Below, piece by piece: positions 13,570 to 25,826 of a stretch of DNA of 64,000 nt. Under the pieces are notes generated by a model that was given only the letters and a program-made list of their open reading frames with translations, had not been told where the DNA came from and ran no database searches. A program made the position numbers and the translations under genes. Position 1 is the first letter of the stretch. Every line of letters starts with the position of its first letter. This stretch comes from Octopus vulgaris (Eukaryota): contig OX597817.1 in the NCBI GenBank assembly GCA_951406725.2, positions 176,452,001 through 176,516,000 on the forward strand. Reading direction: 5' to 3'.

Positions 13570-13853
13570 ATATGTATGTTGGGGCGCGCGCGCGTGTATA
13601 TATGTGTGCGTGTGTTGGTACAATTTTCAATATTTATAGTTCTGCTGGCCTTGTGCCTGTATCAGGAAGCAACGTGTTTGTGTGAAGTCAATATTTACAG
13701 TCATTTCCAAAAAATAGTGTTGGATGTTTTGCACCCGTATCAAATTATGTGTATGTGTGGAACCATATGTTTGCGTGTGTCATGGTGTTAATATCTGGGT
13801 AAAAGTGTGTGTAGGGTGTGTGTAGGTGTAAGTGTGTTTGTTGTGGGTTCAAG

Positions 13854-14375
13854 TTAGGGGGATGTGTTTAGAAGTGGTCTGTATTTATTAATAAGGTGGG
13901 ATTCCATGGTTATTCGCTGGGTATGAGTGGCATTGTCTTTAAATTTGTAGAGGGGAAAGATTCTAAAATTGGGATGAAGTTGTGAGGCACAGGTATCAAT
14001 ATGTGCACTAAGTGCTATTTTTCTGTATTCCTGTATTTTTATTTGGGATCTATGGACAGTCATGCGTTGGCGGAGGCTATTTTTAGTTTGGCCTATGTAG
14101 TGTTCATTAAAGTCCGAGCAAGTTAAGACATATACTAGGTTTTCTGATGCGCATGTGAAGTTGTGTTTTACTGTGAAACGTTGTCCTTGTTTAAAAAGGA
14201 ATTCCGGACCTTCTATTAGGTTGATGCATGTACCACAGTTGGGTCTATTGCATTTGTTTACTCTGGGTTTAGTTGTTGTGGTTGGCAGTACTTTGGCATT
14301 TGTTAGGATGGTTTTCAATGATTTGTGTTGCCTTTTGCTCTTTATGATTTCGTGTGTTAGGAGGATTTGGTTCAT
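13854..14375 (-). pseudogene. PLE GIY-YIG endonuclease domain (frameshifted from RT)
   Basis: KCNRPNCGTC, NLVYVLTC...HYIGQTKNSLRQRMTVH. Confidence 0.9.
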
Positions 14376-16174
14376 TCTATGGTCCTTTTTTAATACAGGA
14401 ATGTTCTGGAGGATGGTGTCAAAAGCTTCATTGTTGAGGGGGTTGTGTGTAGAGATGTATGGTAGAGTATGGGGTTTCGATGTAACAGCTTTTAGGGCGT
14501 CTAAGTTCCTGTGTGCTGAGTTTTAGGGCGCGTTGGATCCCATTGTCAATTAGTGACGTGGGGTAATCTCTGCTTGTTAATGTGTCCTTAGATTCTTGTA
14601 GACGTAAGAGACGGGTGTTTTTATTGGAAACTATAATGCAAATTCTCTTGGCTAAGTTTTAGGGAATGTTAATTTTAATGTGTCTAGAGTGGCATGAATT
14701 GGAAGGGAGGTATTGCTTGGAGTCTGTGGGCTTGTAGTATATGTCTGTTTCTATTTATTTGTTGTGAATTTTAATGAGGATGTCGAGGAAGGGAATTTGT
14801 TGAGGGCTGTATTCCATTGTGAAAATAATGTTTGTGTTGAGCCCATTTATAAGGGTGTGAAATTCTTTAAGTTTCTCGATGGTTTCGGGCCAAAGGATGA
14901 AGCAGTCATCAAGATATCTCTTCCAGTTCTTCTCTATGTGTGTGTGGAGAGTGGTGCCAAATTGGTTAAGAACGTTATTATAGAGGGTGATTTCCAGGTA
15001 TCCCATGACTAGGTTGGCATAAATGGGAGCTGTTTCCTTTCCCATTGCCGTCCCTGATTTCTGTCTGTAGAATTTGTCGTTGAAGGTGAAGAAATTATTC
15101 TCTAAGATGAATTTGAGTCCTTCTAAAATAAATTCCTTTTTGATGCGGTGTGGGAGTTCCTTGGAGTAATTATCCAGCCAGAATTGGATAGCTTCTATTC
15201 CTAGGTTGTGAGGGATGTTGGAGTAAAGATTAATTACATCGAATGTTACTAGCAGGGTTTGTTCAGCAAGAAGTGTATTGGGGAGGTGGTTGAGCATATC
15301 TAGATCGTCCCTTATGTAGCTTTTAATGTGTTTGAGGAAGGGATTAAGAAGGGTATCAATGAAGTTGCTAAGGCGGCGGGTTTCGCAAGCGGGACCTGCT
15401 ATTATAGGTCTCAATTTGAGGTCATTTGGTGAGGGGACATTGATTACAGAGTTTGTGGCTTCCTTGCATGCCTTACTTATTAATTCGCTTTTATGGATTT
15501 TGGGAATACCGTAGAAGAGGCTGGTTTTACTAGTGAAATTTGTGATGAAGTTGAATTCTTTGTTAGTGAGTTCTTCTTTGTTGGGGTTGATCAAGGTTTT
15601 TAAGTTTCTCATAATTTTCTGTTGATTGTAGTGTTCAGCCTTTTCGTAATATGTTCCATTTTCCAAGGTGGAGAGTGCTAAGTTGATATAGTATTCTGTC
15701 TCCATTAAGACTACTGCACTTCCTTTGTCGGCCTCTTTAATGGTGATAGATCTTTCATTTTTTAATTTGTTTAATTCTTCCCACTCTTTCTTGTTGAGGT
15801 TTGGTTTGGGTTTTGGTTTGTGTAAGTGTTGGTAGGGAAGTTTGTAATGTGCTCACAGAATTCGTCTAGGATTTTATTTCTACCTTTTGGTGGGGTGTAG
15901 TTGCTTTTATTTCTAGCTAGTGACTCATCCTCATTGTGCTGGTCGAATAGTTCCTCACTAAGTCGTAATTTTCTACAAAATTCTGTAATGTCTTCCTTCA
16001 TTTCGTAGTAGTTTGGACGTGGGGGGGGGGTGAATTTAAGACCTTTGGAGAGTAAGTTCAGAAGGTTGGGTTGGGTTCTGTATTGGTTAAATTGATGACT
16101 TTAATTAGTTTCTGTTTCTCTTCCCTGTCCTGTGTTATTTTGTTTGCCTGTATCTGTGTGCTGTGTCTAAAAAA
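14376..16174 (-). pseudogene. PLE reverse transcriptase (several frameshifts; main ORF 14755-15705)
   Basis: FYGIPKIHK, LRPIIAG, FDVINLYSNIPH, GTAMGKETAPIYANL, WKRYLDDCF. Confidence 0.92.
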
Positions 16175-18488
16175 TGGTTGGGGTAGAGGGGTTGTCTGTT
16201 GGTGTTAAGAGGTCCTGTGTGTTTGTTATATTCCTTGTTGTGAAATATGGTTCGGGTTCGTGGTTGTGGATAGAATGGGGTGTTCCTGTATTGCGGGTGT
16301 TGGTGTGTGTTTCTTTGTGTCATGTTGGATTGTGGTGATATGAGTGGCCTACGTGGGTGCTTGTATCGAGTGGTATGGGCTTGTTGTGTATTGTGAGAGT
16401 TGAGAAAGTGAAAATTACCTTGTTGTCTCCTCGTGGTGTGGACGTTGTTGTGTCTATCCTGGTAGTGGTATCCTCTTTTATTTGTTAATAAGGTATTCGA
16501 GTAGTTGTTGATTTGTTGTGTATAGTGTCTCCTTGAAGGGGGAAATTCGTTAATGTAATTCTGGTGGTGAGGGTTTCCAGGGTTCTTGTTCCTCCTTATG
16601 GACGTGGGTTAAGAAGGTACATCTTCAATATGCTGTTTCCTTCTTTTCTTCGAGGTTGGAGGGTTGGCGGAGTAGTTGTGTGGTTGGGTTCCTGGTTTTC
16701 CCATTTTTATGAACGGGTTATTGGAAGAGTAATCCGTTTTGAAAGTCGATTCATAGTTTAGGAACCAGGTGGCACTTTTTTCCCAGCGTTGTGGGGATTT
16801 TAGTTCCTCTTTGTTGCAGTCATCTTTCCATAACTTGGAGATCTTCTCTATGTGGAGGCTTTCGGCCTTGTTATTTATTACGAGGAGGATCTCTTCATCG
16901 ATTGTTTTGACTCTTTCCTCATTTGTTTGGGCCCTTAATTTGAGAAGTTCAATCTCTGTTTTCAGTCTCTCTAATGCCATTCTTTCCCTAAGTCGTCTTT
17001 GAGGTTCAGGTTCATTGGGAATAGCTTTTAATTGTATTTTGCGGGGAAGAGTTAGAGGGGTAGAGTTCATCCATTTTTCGTATATCTCGGCCTTGTTATT
17101 TCTAATCATTTTCCAGAAGGAAAACTTTCTGTCTCTGAGGGTTTATTCCATTCTGGGATTATATGATTTTTCAGTTTGTATGAATCAATTTGACATGGTT
17201 CTTCTTTGCTTTTGGCTGGGTTGGTGGTGGTGAAAAAGGTGTGGATCGTATCACACAGAGTTTGTAGCTTATCGCCGATTTCGGAGGGTTTGTGTCCAGT
17301 AATGGTTTCCTCATTAGTGGAGTCCAATTTGTTGACTAGTACAGAGAGGTCATCATCATCATTGTTCGACCGTGGTCGAGACAATGGAATTTACTATGTT
17401 ACGCCAGACTTCACGGTCCATCATAGCATTACGGAGGTCCTGTTGCTGATGCCTGTATCCCTGGAGATTACATCAGGGTAGGAGAGTGTGCGCCCTCTGG
17501 TATTGCGAGTAGATGGCTTCCAGAGAAGAGTAGAAATTACTTCTTTTTCAGCTCTACAACAATGTCCTGCAAACTGGACTCTCTTACCTTTCACAAGAGA
17601 TGACACAGGTGGTAATTTCCCATATATTTGCATTTTGGTTGGATGGCGCTTCCACGAGAGATTTTGAGCTCTCATAAGGAGGCGAGTGTAGGTTCCATCC
17701 AACCGCCTCTCAAGCTTCTTTGATAACGTCCAGGTTTCTGAGCCATATAGTAGAATTGGTTCGACTGTGGCTTTGAATATTTCAAGTTTGAAGTCTCTAC
17801 TTAGATTTGATGACCAGATCTTATGCATGTCATTACAGGCTGACCAGGCCATACCCTTTCTAGTTAGAAAGTCTTTTCCAGATGATGATATGTATGACCC
17901 AAGATATTTATAATCAGAAACCATATTTAAAGGCGCACTGTTGAGAGTGTGGATGATGCAATCACTGTTGGACAGGCACTTGTTTATGTATTCAGTTTTG
18001 GCCTCATTGAGGTAAAGACCTACACAATTTGAGGCTTGTTCAAGAGATTGTAAAAGAGACTGGGCATTGGAGAGAGAATCACTGATAAGAGCGATGTCGT
18101 CAGCAAAGTCAGTGTCTGTCAAGTACTCAGCTGGGTGTCTGGAACTTCTTCTTGGTTTTATTTCAAAGCCCTTGCCAGAGATGGTATCAACTGACATACG
18201 TAGCACATAATCAACAACAATGATGAAAAGAAATGGGGCGAGTGTGTCTCCCTGCAGTATTCCGGCTTTGATTGAGAAAGATGATGTTTCTCCATCAGGG
18301 GTTAAGATGGTTGAAGACGTATCTGTGTAGAGGACCTTGATGGCAGAAATAATTTTGTCTGGTATCCCATAGAGCTTAAGGATTTCAAATAGAGAGGTAG
18401 GTGTTGATGTTTTTGAGTTCCTGTAGGATTTCTTCGTTTAAGTTGATTAGGGTAGTTTCAGTTTTTGTAGGCATTTTCTGTATCTCAT
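16135..18488 (-). pseudogene. Upstream ORF1-like helical/coiled-coil protein of the PLE, interrupted by an RTE insertion
   Basis: Pieces 18385-18570, 17106-17384, 16609-17109 and 16135-16323. Homologous to ORF 34883-35818 (WMNSTP..LPRK.Q.K.IPNEP, EIELL.LR..TNEE). Confidence 0.7.
17351..18390 (-). mobile_element. 5'-truncated RTE-clade LINE nested in the PLE, with an 8-bp TSD
   Basis: ORF 17421-18206 (DFADDIAL, LLYGSETWT) and a (GAT)n tail. TSD AGAGAGGT at 17343-17350 and 18391-18398. Confidence 0.92.
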
Positions 18489-19236
18489 GCGGGGATATGA
18501 TATTTAAAAAAGGAGATGTCGAACACGAGTTGTGATATATAAAAAGAGGAAATGAAGAAAATGCTGACAAAATAATTTAAGTAAGGGAGAGTGTATTTAA
18601 TTAGGTGAAAGTTCTTTTTTTAAAGAAAAAAAGAGAAAAATTGGGTTAGAATACAATGTTCATTTTTGTGAATGATTTCAGTGTATAAGAAAAAAAGGAA
18701 GAGTCTTTTACAGTGTTCTGTTTCAGAATAAGATATTTAGTAAAAGCGTGTAATATACAGTTTTTTGAAAATACAGGAATACAGAAAAATAGCACTTAGT
18801 GCACATATTGATACCTGTGCCGCACAACTTCATCCCAATTTTAGAATCTTTTCCTCTACAAATTTAAAGACAATGCCACTCATACCCAGCGAATAACCAT
18901 GGAATCCCACCTTATTAATAAATACAGACCACTTCTAAACACATCCCCCTAACACGAACCCACAACAAACACACTTACACCTACACACACCCTACACACA
19001 CTTTTACCCAGATATTAACACCATGACACACGCAAACATATGGTTCCACACATACACATAATTTGATACGGGTGCAAAATATCCAACACTATTTTTTGGA
19101 AATGACTGTAAATATTGACTTCACACAAACACGTTGCTTCCTGATACAGGCACAAGGCCAGCAGAACTATAAATATTGAAAATTGTACCCACACACGCAC
19201 ACATATATACACGCGCGCGCGCCCCAACATACATAT

Positions 19237-19285
<49 letters not shown>

Positions 19286-20184
19286 CACACACATACATAC
19301 ATATAGCTCTTCCTGTCCTAAACGAACTTACTTTTCCAGCTCAAATTCAGTCAAGCGGAAAATACACTCCTTACCTACGCGCTAAAAAGCTATTCAAAAT
19401 ATCCACATGACGTCTACTGACCAGCCTGAACAATAAGAATTTTCAACAACGCTATTTTCGAAAACTCCATACACCACCTACACCAAAATTCATTCTAAAC
19501 ATTCACGTGACCTCTCTATTATGACCACATTCACGTGACCTCTTTATTATGACCAATAAGAAATTTTAGGCGCGATACCAGCCAAATTTTAACATCTCTG
19601 GAGCCTATTTTCTTACCCCAACACCAACTTCCATTCAAACATACACGTGACCCCTTTATAATGACCAATCAAAATTGTATTGACCATTGTCCACAAGAAA
19701 TTTTAGGCGCGAAACCAAGCAAATCTCAAACAACTCCGGAGCCTTTTTTTTCACATATAAGAGACAGCAAACCCAACATAAAGTCAGATAAGAGAAAAAA
19801 ATCAATCAGAAAGGAACTCTATCTCACTCAAAATATCTTTTGATAAGCATAACAGATGCGCAACCGGTAAACTCTTACTTATTTTATTCTACACTGAAAT
19901 CTGACATTAAAATTTTCCACAAAAAAACTGTATATTACACGCTTTTACTAAATATCTTATTCTGAAACAGAACACTGTAAAAGACTCTTCCTTTTTTTCT
20001 TATACACTGAAATCATTCACAAAAAATGAACATTGTATTCTAACCCAATTTTTCTCTTTTTTTTTCTTTAAAAAAAGAACTTTCACCTAATTAAATACAC
20101 TCTCCCTTACTTAAATTATTTTGTCAGCATTTTCTTCATTTCCTCTTTATATATATCACAACTCGTGTTCCACATCTCCTTTTT

Positions 20185-20221
<37 letters not shown>

Positions 20222-20582
20222 TGTTCAAAATGTCTCTCCGCAGTGAATTTTATATATATATATATTTACACAGTTTTCAAAAGTCTCTCCACAGTGAATT
20301 CTATATATATATATATATATATTCATAAATTCACTGTGGAGAGACTTTTTGAACACTAAGTATATATATATATATAAATATATATATAAAATTCCCTGTG
20401 GAGAGACTTTTTGAACACTTTGTATATATATATATATAAAATTCACTATGGAGAGACTATTTGGACAATGTGTGTATATATATATATATATATATAAAAT
20501 TCACTTTGGAGAAACTTTTGGAACACTGTGTATATATATATACATATATATATATATAGTTTCAAAAGTCTCTCCTCAGTGA

Positions 20583-20618
<36 letters not shown>

Positions 20619-20760
20619 TAAATTCACTGTGGAGAGACTTTTTGAACACTAAGTATATATATATATATAAATATATATATAAAATTCCCTGTGGAGAGAC
20701 TTTTTGAACACTTTGTATATATATATATATAAAATTCACTATGGAGAGACTATTTGGACA

Positions 20761-20792
<32 letters not shown>

Positions 20793-20873
20793 AATTCACT
20801 TTGGAGAAACTTTTGGAACACTGTGTATATATATATACATATATATATAGTTTTCAAAAGTCTCTCCACAGTG

Positions 20874-20915
<42 letters not shown>

Positions 20916-21312
20916 CACTGTGGAGAGACCTTTTGAACACTGTGTATATATGTATATATATAAAATTCACTGTGGAGAGACTTTTTGAACACTGTATATA
21001 TATATATATATATATATATATGCAAAATTCACTGTGGAGAGACATTTTGAATACTGTGTATATATATATATAAAATTCAGAGTGGAGACACTTTTTTAAC
21101 ACTGTGTGTGTATATATATATATATATATATAAAATTCCCTGTGGAGAGACTTTTTGAACACTGAGTATATATATATCTATAAAATTTACTATGGAGAGA
21201 TTTTTGAACAGTGTGTGTATATATGTATATAAAATTCACTGTGGAGAGACTTTTTGTACACTGTGTATATATATATATATATAAAGCTCACTGTGGAGAA
21301 ATTTTTGAACAT

Positions 21313-21359
<47 letters not shown>

Positions 21360-21383
21360 CACTGTGGAGAGAGTTTTTGAACA

Positions 21384-21435
<52 letters not shown>

Positions 21436-21529
21436 CACTGTGAAGAGAGTTTTTGAACACTGTATATATATATATATATATATATAATTCACTGTGGAGA
21501 GATTTTTTGTACACTGTATATATATTGTA

Positions 21530-24500
21530 TTGTATATATATTGTCTCTCGGGAGACAATGGAGTTGCGCATGAAGTAGTCTAGTCCGGGTTTTATATTTC
21601 ATGTCCAGATACATTTCCTGCAGTGGCTGTGTAGTCCTATCCTGGACAAACACTCCCTCTCGCAGGTACCGCAAATGTAGCGAAGACTGTTCCTGGCTGG
21701 TTGTAGTGCCATAGTCTCTATTTACGTCTCTTCCTTTCTTTCCATTTCTCCTCTCTCTCTCTGTCACTCCTTTGTATTCCCTTTTTTACGGTACGTCGCC
21801 ATTCTGCATGGTTGTCGGCAACTGCCTCCCAACCGCTAATATTGATGTTGCAGGCCTTCATGTCCCTTTTGCAAACATCCTTGTAACGTAAGATCGGTCG
21901 ACCCACAGACCTAGTACCCCTAGCAAGCTCTCCGAAGAGTATGTCCTTGGGGATTCTGCCATCTTTCATACGGCTAACATGCCCAAGCCATCTCAAACTT
22001 CTTTGTGTGAGGAGTGCAAACATGCTTGGTATTCCTGCTTGCCTGAGGACATCTTTGTTGGGGATATGATTCTGCCATTTGATGCGGAGGATTTTTCGGA
22101 GGCAGCGCAGGTGAAATATGTTTAGGTGACGCTCTTCGCGTGTGTATAGCGTCCAGGTCTCACTTCCATACGGTAGAGTGCTCAGTACACATGCCTGGTA
22201 GATCTTCATTTTCGTGGTCTTGGTCAGCTTATTGTTGTCCGAAGCCCGTTTGTAGAGTTGGGCCATCGCAGCAGCTGCCTTGCCAATGCGTATATTGAGC
22301 TCAGCGTCAAGGGATAGGTTGTAGGTGACGGTAGAGCCCAGAGAGGTAAACTTCTCCACCTCTTGTAATCTGTGGTCTCCAATATATATGTTTGGGATGT
22401 CCGATGTAGCCTGGCCCATGATGTTGGTCTTCTTAAGGCTGATAGCTAAGCCAAAGTCGTTACATGCTTGCTCAAAACAGTTAATGAGCCTTTGGAGGGC
22501 TTCTTCTGTGTGTGTTACCAGAGCGGCATCATCAGCAAATAACATCTCCTTGATCAGGACGTTTCTGATTTTGGTCTTGGCACGCAGGCGCGAGAGATTG
22601 AACAGTTTCCCGTCACTTCTACTGTGCAGAAACACTCCATCATCTGATGTCTGAAAGGCATGTGAAAGTAAGAGCGTGAAGATGCCAAACAATGTAGGAG
22701 CGAGGACACAACCTTGCTTTACCCCGTTTTTTATTTGGAAGGCGGCTGATGTTGAACCGTTGTGCTATATGGTGCCTTGCATGTCATCATGGAAAGACTT
22801 GATGATCCTCAGCAGCTCTGGTGGACATCCGATTTGTTGGAGCAGGATGAAGGGGCCTGTTATGCTTACCGATTCAAAAGCCTTTGTTAGATCAATGAAG
22901 GCCATATATAATGGCATTCTCTGCTCTCTGGACTTCTCCTGAAGTTGGCGTATGGAGAATATCATATCGATAGTTGACCTGCTTCTTCTAAAGCCATACT
23001 GCGATTCCGGATAGATTCGAGAAGCAAGTAGTTGTAGCCTGGCCAGGATAACGCGGGCAAAGGTCTTTCCGACAGTGCTTAGAAGGGATATACCACGGTA
23101 ATTGTTACAATCACCACGGTCACCTTTGTTTTTGTAAAGCGTAATGATGTTAGCATCCCGCATATCCTGAGGGACTGTACCCTCTTCCCAGCACTGACAC
23201 AGAAGCTCATGAAGGTGCCGAAGCAGGATGGTGTTTTTGCCGGCTTTGATGATCTCTGAGGGGATGCCGTTTTTTCCCGGAGCCTTATTTCTTGCTAGGG
23301 AGTCAACAGCCTTGGTGAACTCTGCTATAGATGGCGGACTGTCAAGTTCGCACATGACTGGCAAGATCTTGACGCTCTCGACTGCAGCCTCAGCCACTGT
23401 GGTCTCCCGTGAGTAGAGATCCTGCTAGTGCTCCACCCATCTATCCATTTGCTTGCCTTGATCCCTGATGAGATCTCCAGTAGTTGATTTCAGAGGGGCT
23501 GACTTGGTTGCGGATGGACCGAGGGCCTTCTTCAAACCGGCATACATCCCACGGGTGTCGCCCCTGTCAGCAGCTGACTGGATACTCTGACAGATTTCCT
23601 GCCAATACCTATTTGCACAGCGTCTGGCTGTCAGTTGAGTTTTATTTCGTGCCCTTCTGAGTTCTTCGAGTGACTTTGTAGAAGAGTCAATCTTGTATTG
23701 CACCAGAGCTGCACGCTTTGCTTCGATAACTGACTCCAGCTCTGAGAGCCCAGCATTGAACCAATCTGGGTTTTGCCTTTCTCTCATGCCGAAAGTATCC
23801 AATGATGTCGTATACAAGGCTTCCCTGATATAAGTCCCACCTACTTTCAGCAGAGGAGGTTGGGCAGCTACTGAGGGCAACCTTGATAGGAGCAGCAAAA
23901 CATTTTCGCAGTGTAGGGTCCGAGGTTCAGGCGGTGTTGATGCGTGGTCGGCCCACTTTCTTGGAGCGATGGACTTTTTTAGGCAGAATCCTCGCCCTGC
24001 TTCTAATTAGTGAGTGGTCTGTGTCACAATCTACGCTGTGGTAACTGCGGGTCAATAGAGTAGAATTTAGAAAGGATCTCCGTGTAATGATGAGATCCAG
24101 CTGATGCCAGTGGTGAGATCTTGGATGTCTCCAGGATGCCTTGTGGGATGGCTTGTTGGTAACCAATGTGTTTGTGATGCACAGGTTGTGGTATGTGCAG
24201 AATTCGAGTAGTCTCTGACCATTGTCATTCATGTTGCCAATACCAAAGTGTCCAACACAAATGGGCCACGAATCATGGTCAGATCCCACGCGAGCGTTAA
24301 AATCCCCTAGAAGGTAGATATTTTCAGTCGTTGGTATATTTTCTATGACACAGTTGAGATCTTTGTAGAACTGGTCCTTGGTCTCCTCTGAGCTGTAGAG
24401 AGTGGGAGCATAGATGCTGAGTAGATGTACTGAGCCAGAAGAAGTCGAGAGAGGCAGTGAGAGGATACGCTCAGTGCCTCCCGATGGTGGTTCTATTGAG

Positions 24501-25407
24501 GAGAGTAGTGAGTTTCTCACTGCAAAGCCAACGCCATGTTGACGAGGTTCTTCTGGATCTCTTCCCTGCCAAAAGAAGGTGAAATCCTGCTCTTTGAGTT
24601 TGCCGTTTGAGGGAAGTCTTGTCTCCTGCAGCCCAGCAATATCTATGTTGAGCCTCTTTAGTTCACGGTCAATGATGGCCATTTTCCTTGTGTCTTCAAT
24701 CCTGAGAAGATCATCAGATATTCCAGGACACATGGTCCTGACATTCCAGCTTGCCAACCGCAGAACTGGTGTTTTCTTGACTTTTAGTTGCTTGCCTGCT
24801 GCAGAGGTTGCAGGCCGCTTTTCGGGTCATGCTCTTAGCTCCAAGCACCCAATGGAGCAAACGGCTTGTGGCGGGTCAGCACCTTATTAACTGGGGGCTG
24901 CCCAGCTTGAGGTGGGCAGTAGCTAACCAATAGGACACGGAGGTCCCTCCCACCGTCAGAGGTAACCCGTAGCGCCCATATTTTACGCCAAACTGAATGG
25001 ACTTATCACTCGTGACTGTTACCTCCCGTGTTGTTTCTGCAGCTTTTCACATCAGCACTGAAGTGTCCTCTCCAGTTTTGCGCAAGCTTGGGCTATAGAT
25101 AAGAAAGTCCTGGGTAGCCCAATCGTCAGGTTTCCTCTCTCGACCTTGCTGATGTAGTCCAGTGGAGTGAAGTGCATTACGTATGGCACCAGCTTGGTTG
25201 CAGGAGCTTCCGGAAGAGTGTCGAGTCGAACACAAGACCGCCTTCGGGGCTTCATTCCGGATTTCTTTGAAGGTTGTCTCCTTTCCGTAACCCTGGATAG
25301 GGGCCCATACCGGGTGCTGTCAGCCAGAGCCAGCTGAGCCCGGAACTCGTGTCAGGCAGGGTCGTCACTCCCTGAAGTAGTGAAGAAGTTCGCTACCCAC
25401 TACCTTT
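21530..25407 (-). mobile_element. Apparently full-length RTE/BovB-type LINE (APE and RT), frameshifted
   Basis: ORFs 23927-24757 (SWNVRTM, LQETR, GDFNARVG, TDH), 23425-23898, 22765-23397 (NYRGISLLS, FIDLTKAF) and 21718-22692 (LFADDAAL). ~0.6-kb GC-rich 5' UTR and CAATA-type tail. Confidence 0.93.
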
Positions 25408-25417
25408 ATGTATACAT

Positions 25418-25492
<75 letters not shown>

Positions 25493-25772
25493 CTGTGTAA
25501 AGACTTTTTGAACAATGTGTATATATATTTATATAATATTCACTGTGGAGAGAATTTTTGAACAGTTTGTGCATATATATATATATATATAAGTCAGTGT
25601 GGAGAAACTTTCTGGACACTGTATATATATATATATATAAAATTCACTGTATAGAGTCTTTTTGAACACTGTGTGTATATATATATATATAAATTTCACT
25701 CTGGAGAGACTTATTGAACATTGTGTGTATATATATATAAAATTGACTGTGGAGAGACTTTTTGAACACTGA

Positions 25773-25822
<50 letters not shown>

Positions 25823-25826
<4 letters not shown>

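Larger units (their letters stand above)
12612..20188 (-). mobile_element. Full-length decayed Neptune-like PLE with a partial direct pLTR (18501-18767) and a 1.4-kb inverted arm (18767-20188)
   Basis: RT and GIY-YIG ORF pieces are present. 18501-18767 matches 12612-12880, and 18767-20188 is the reverse complement of 12612-14038. It carries a nested RTE. Confidence 0.92.
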
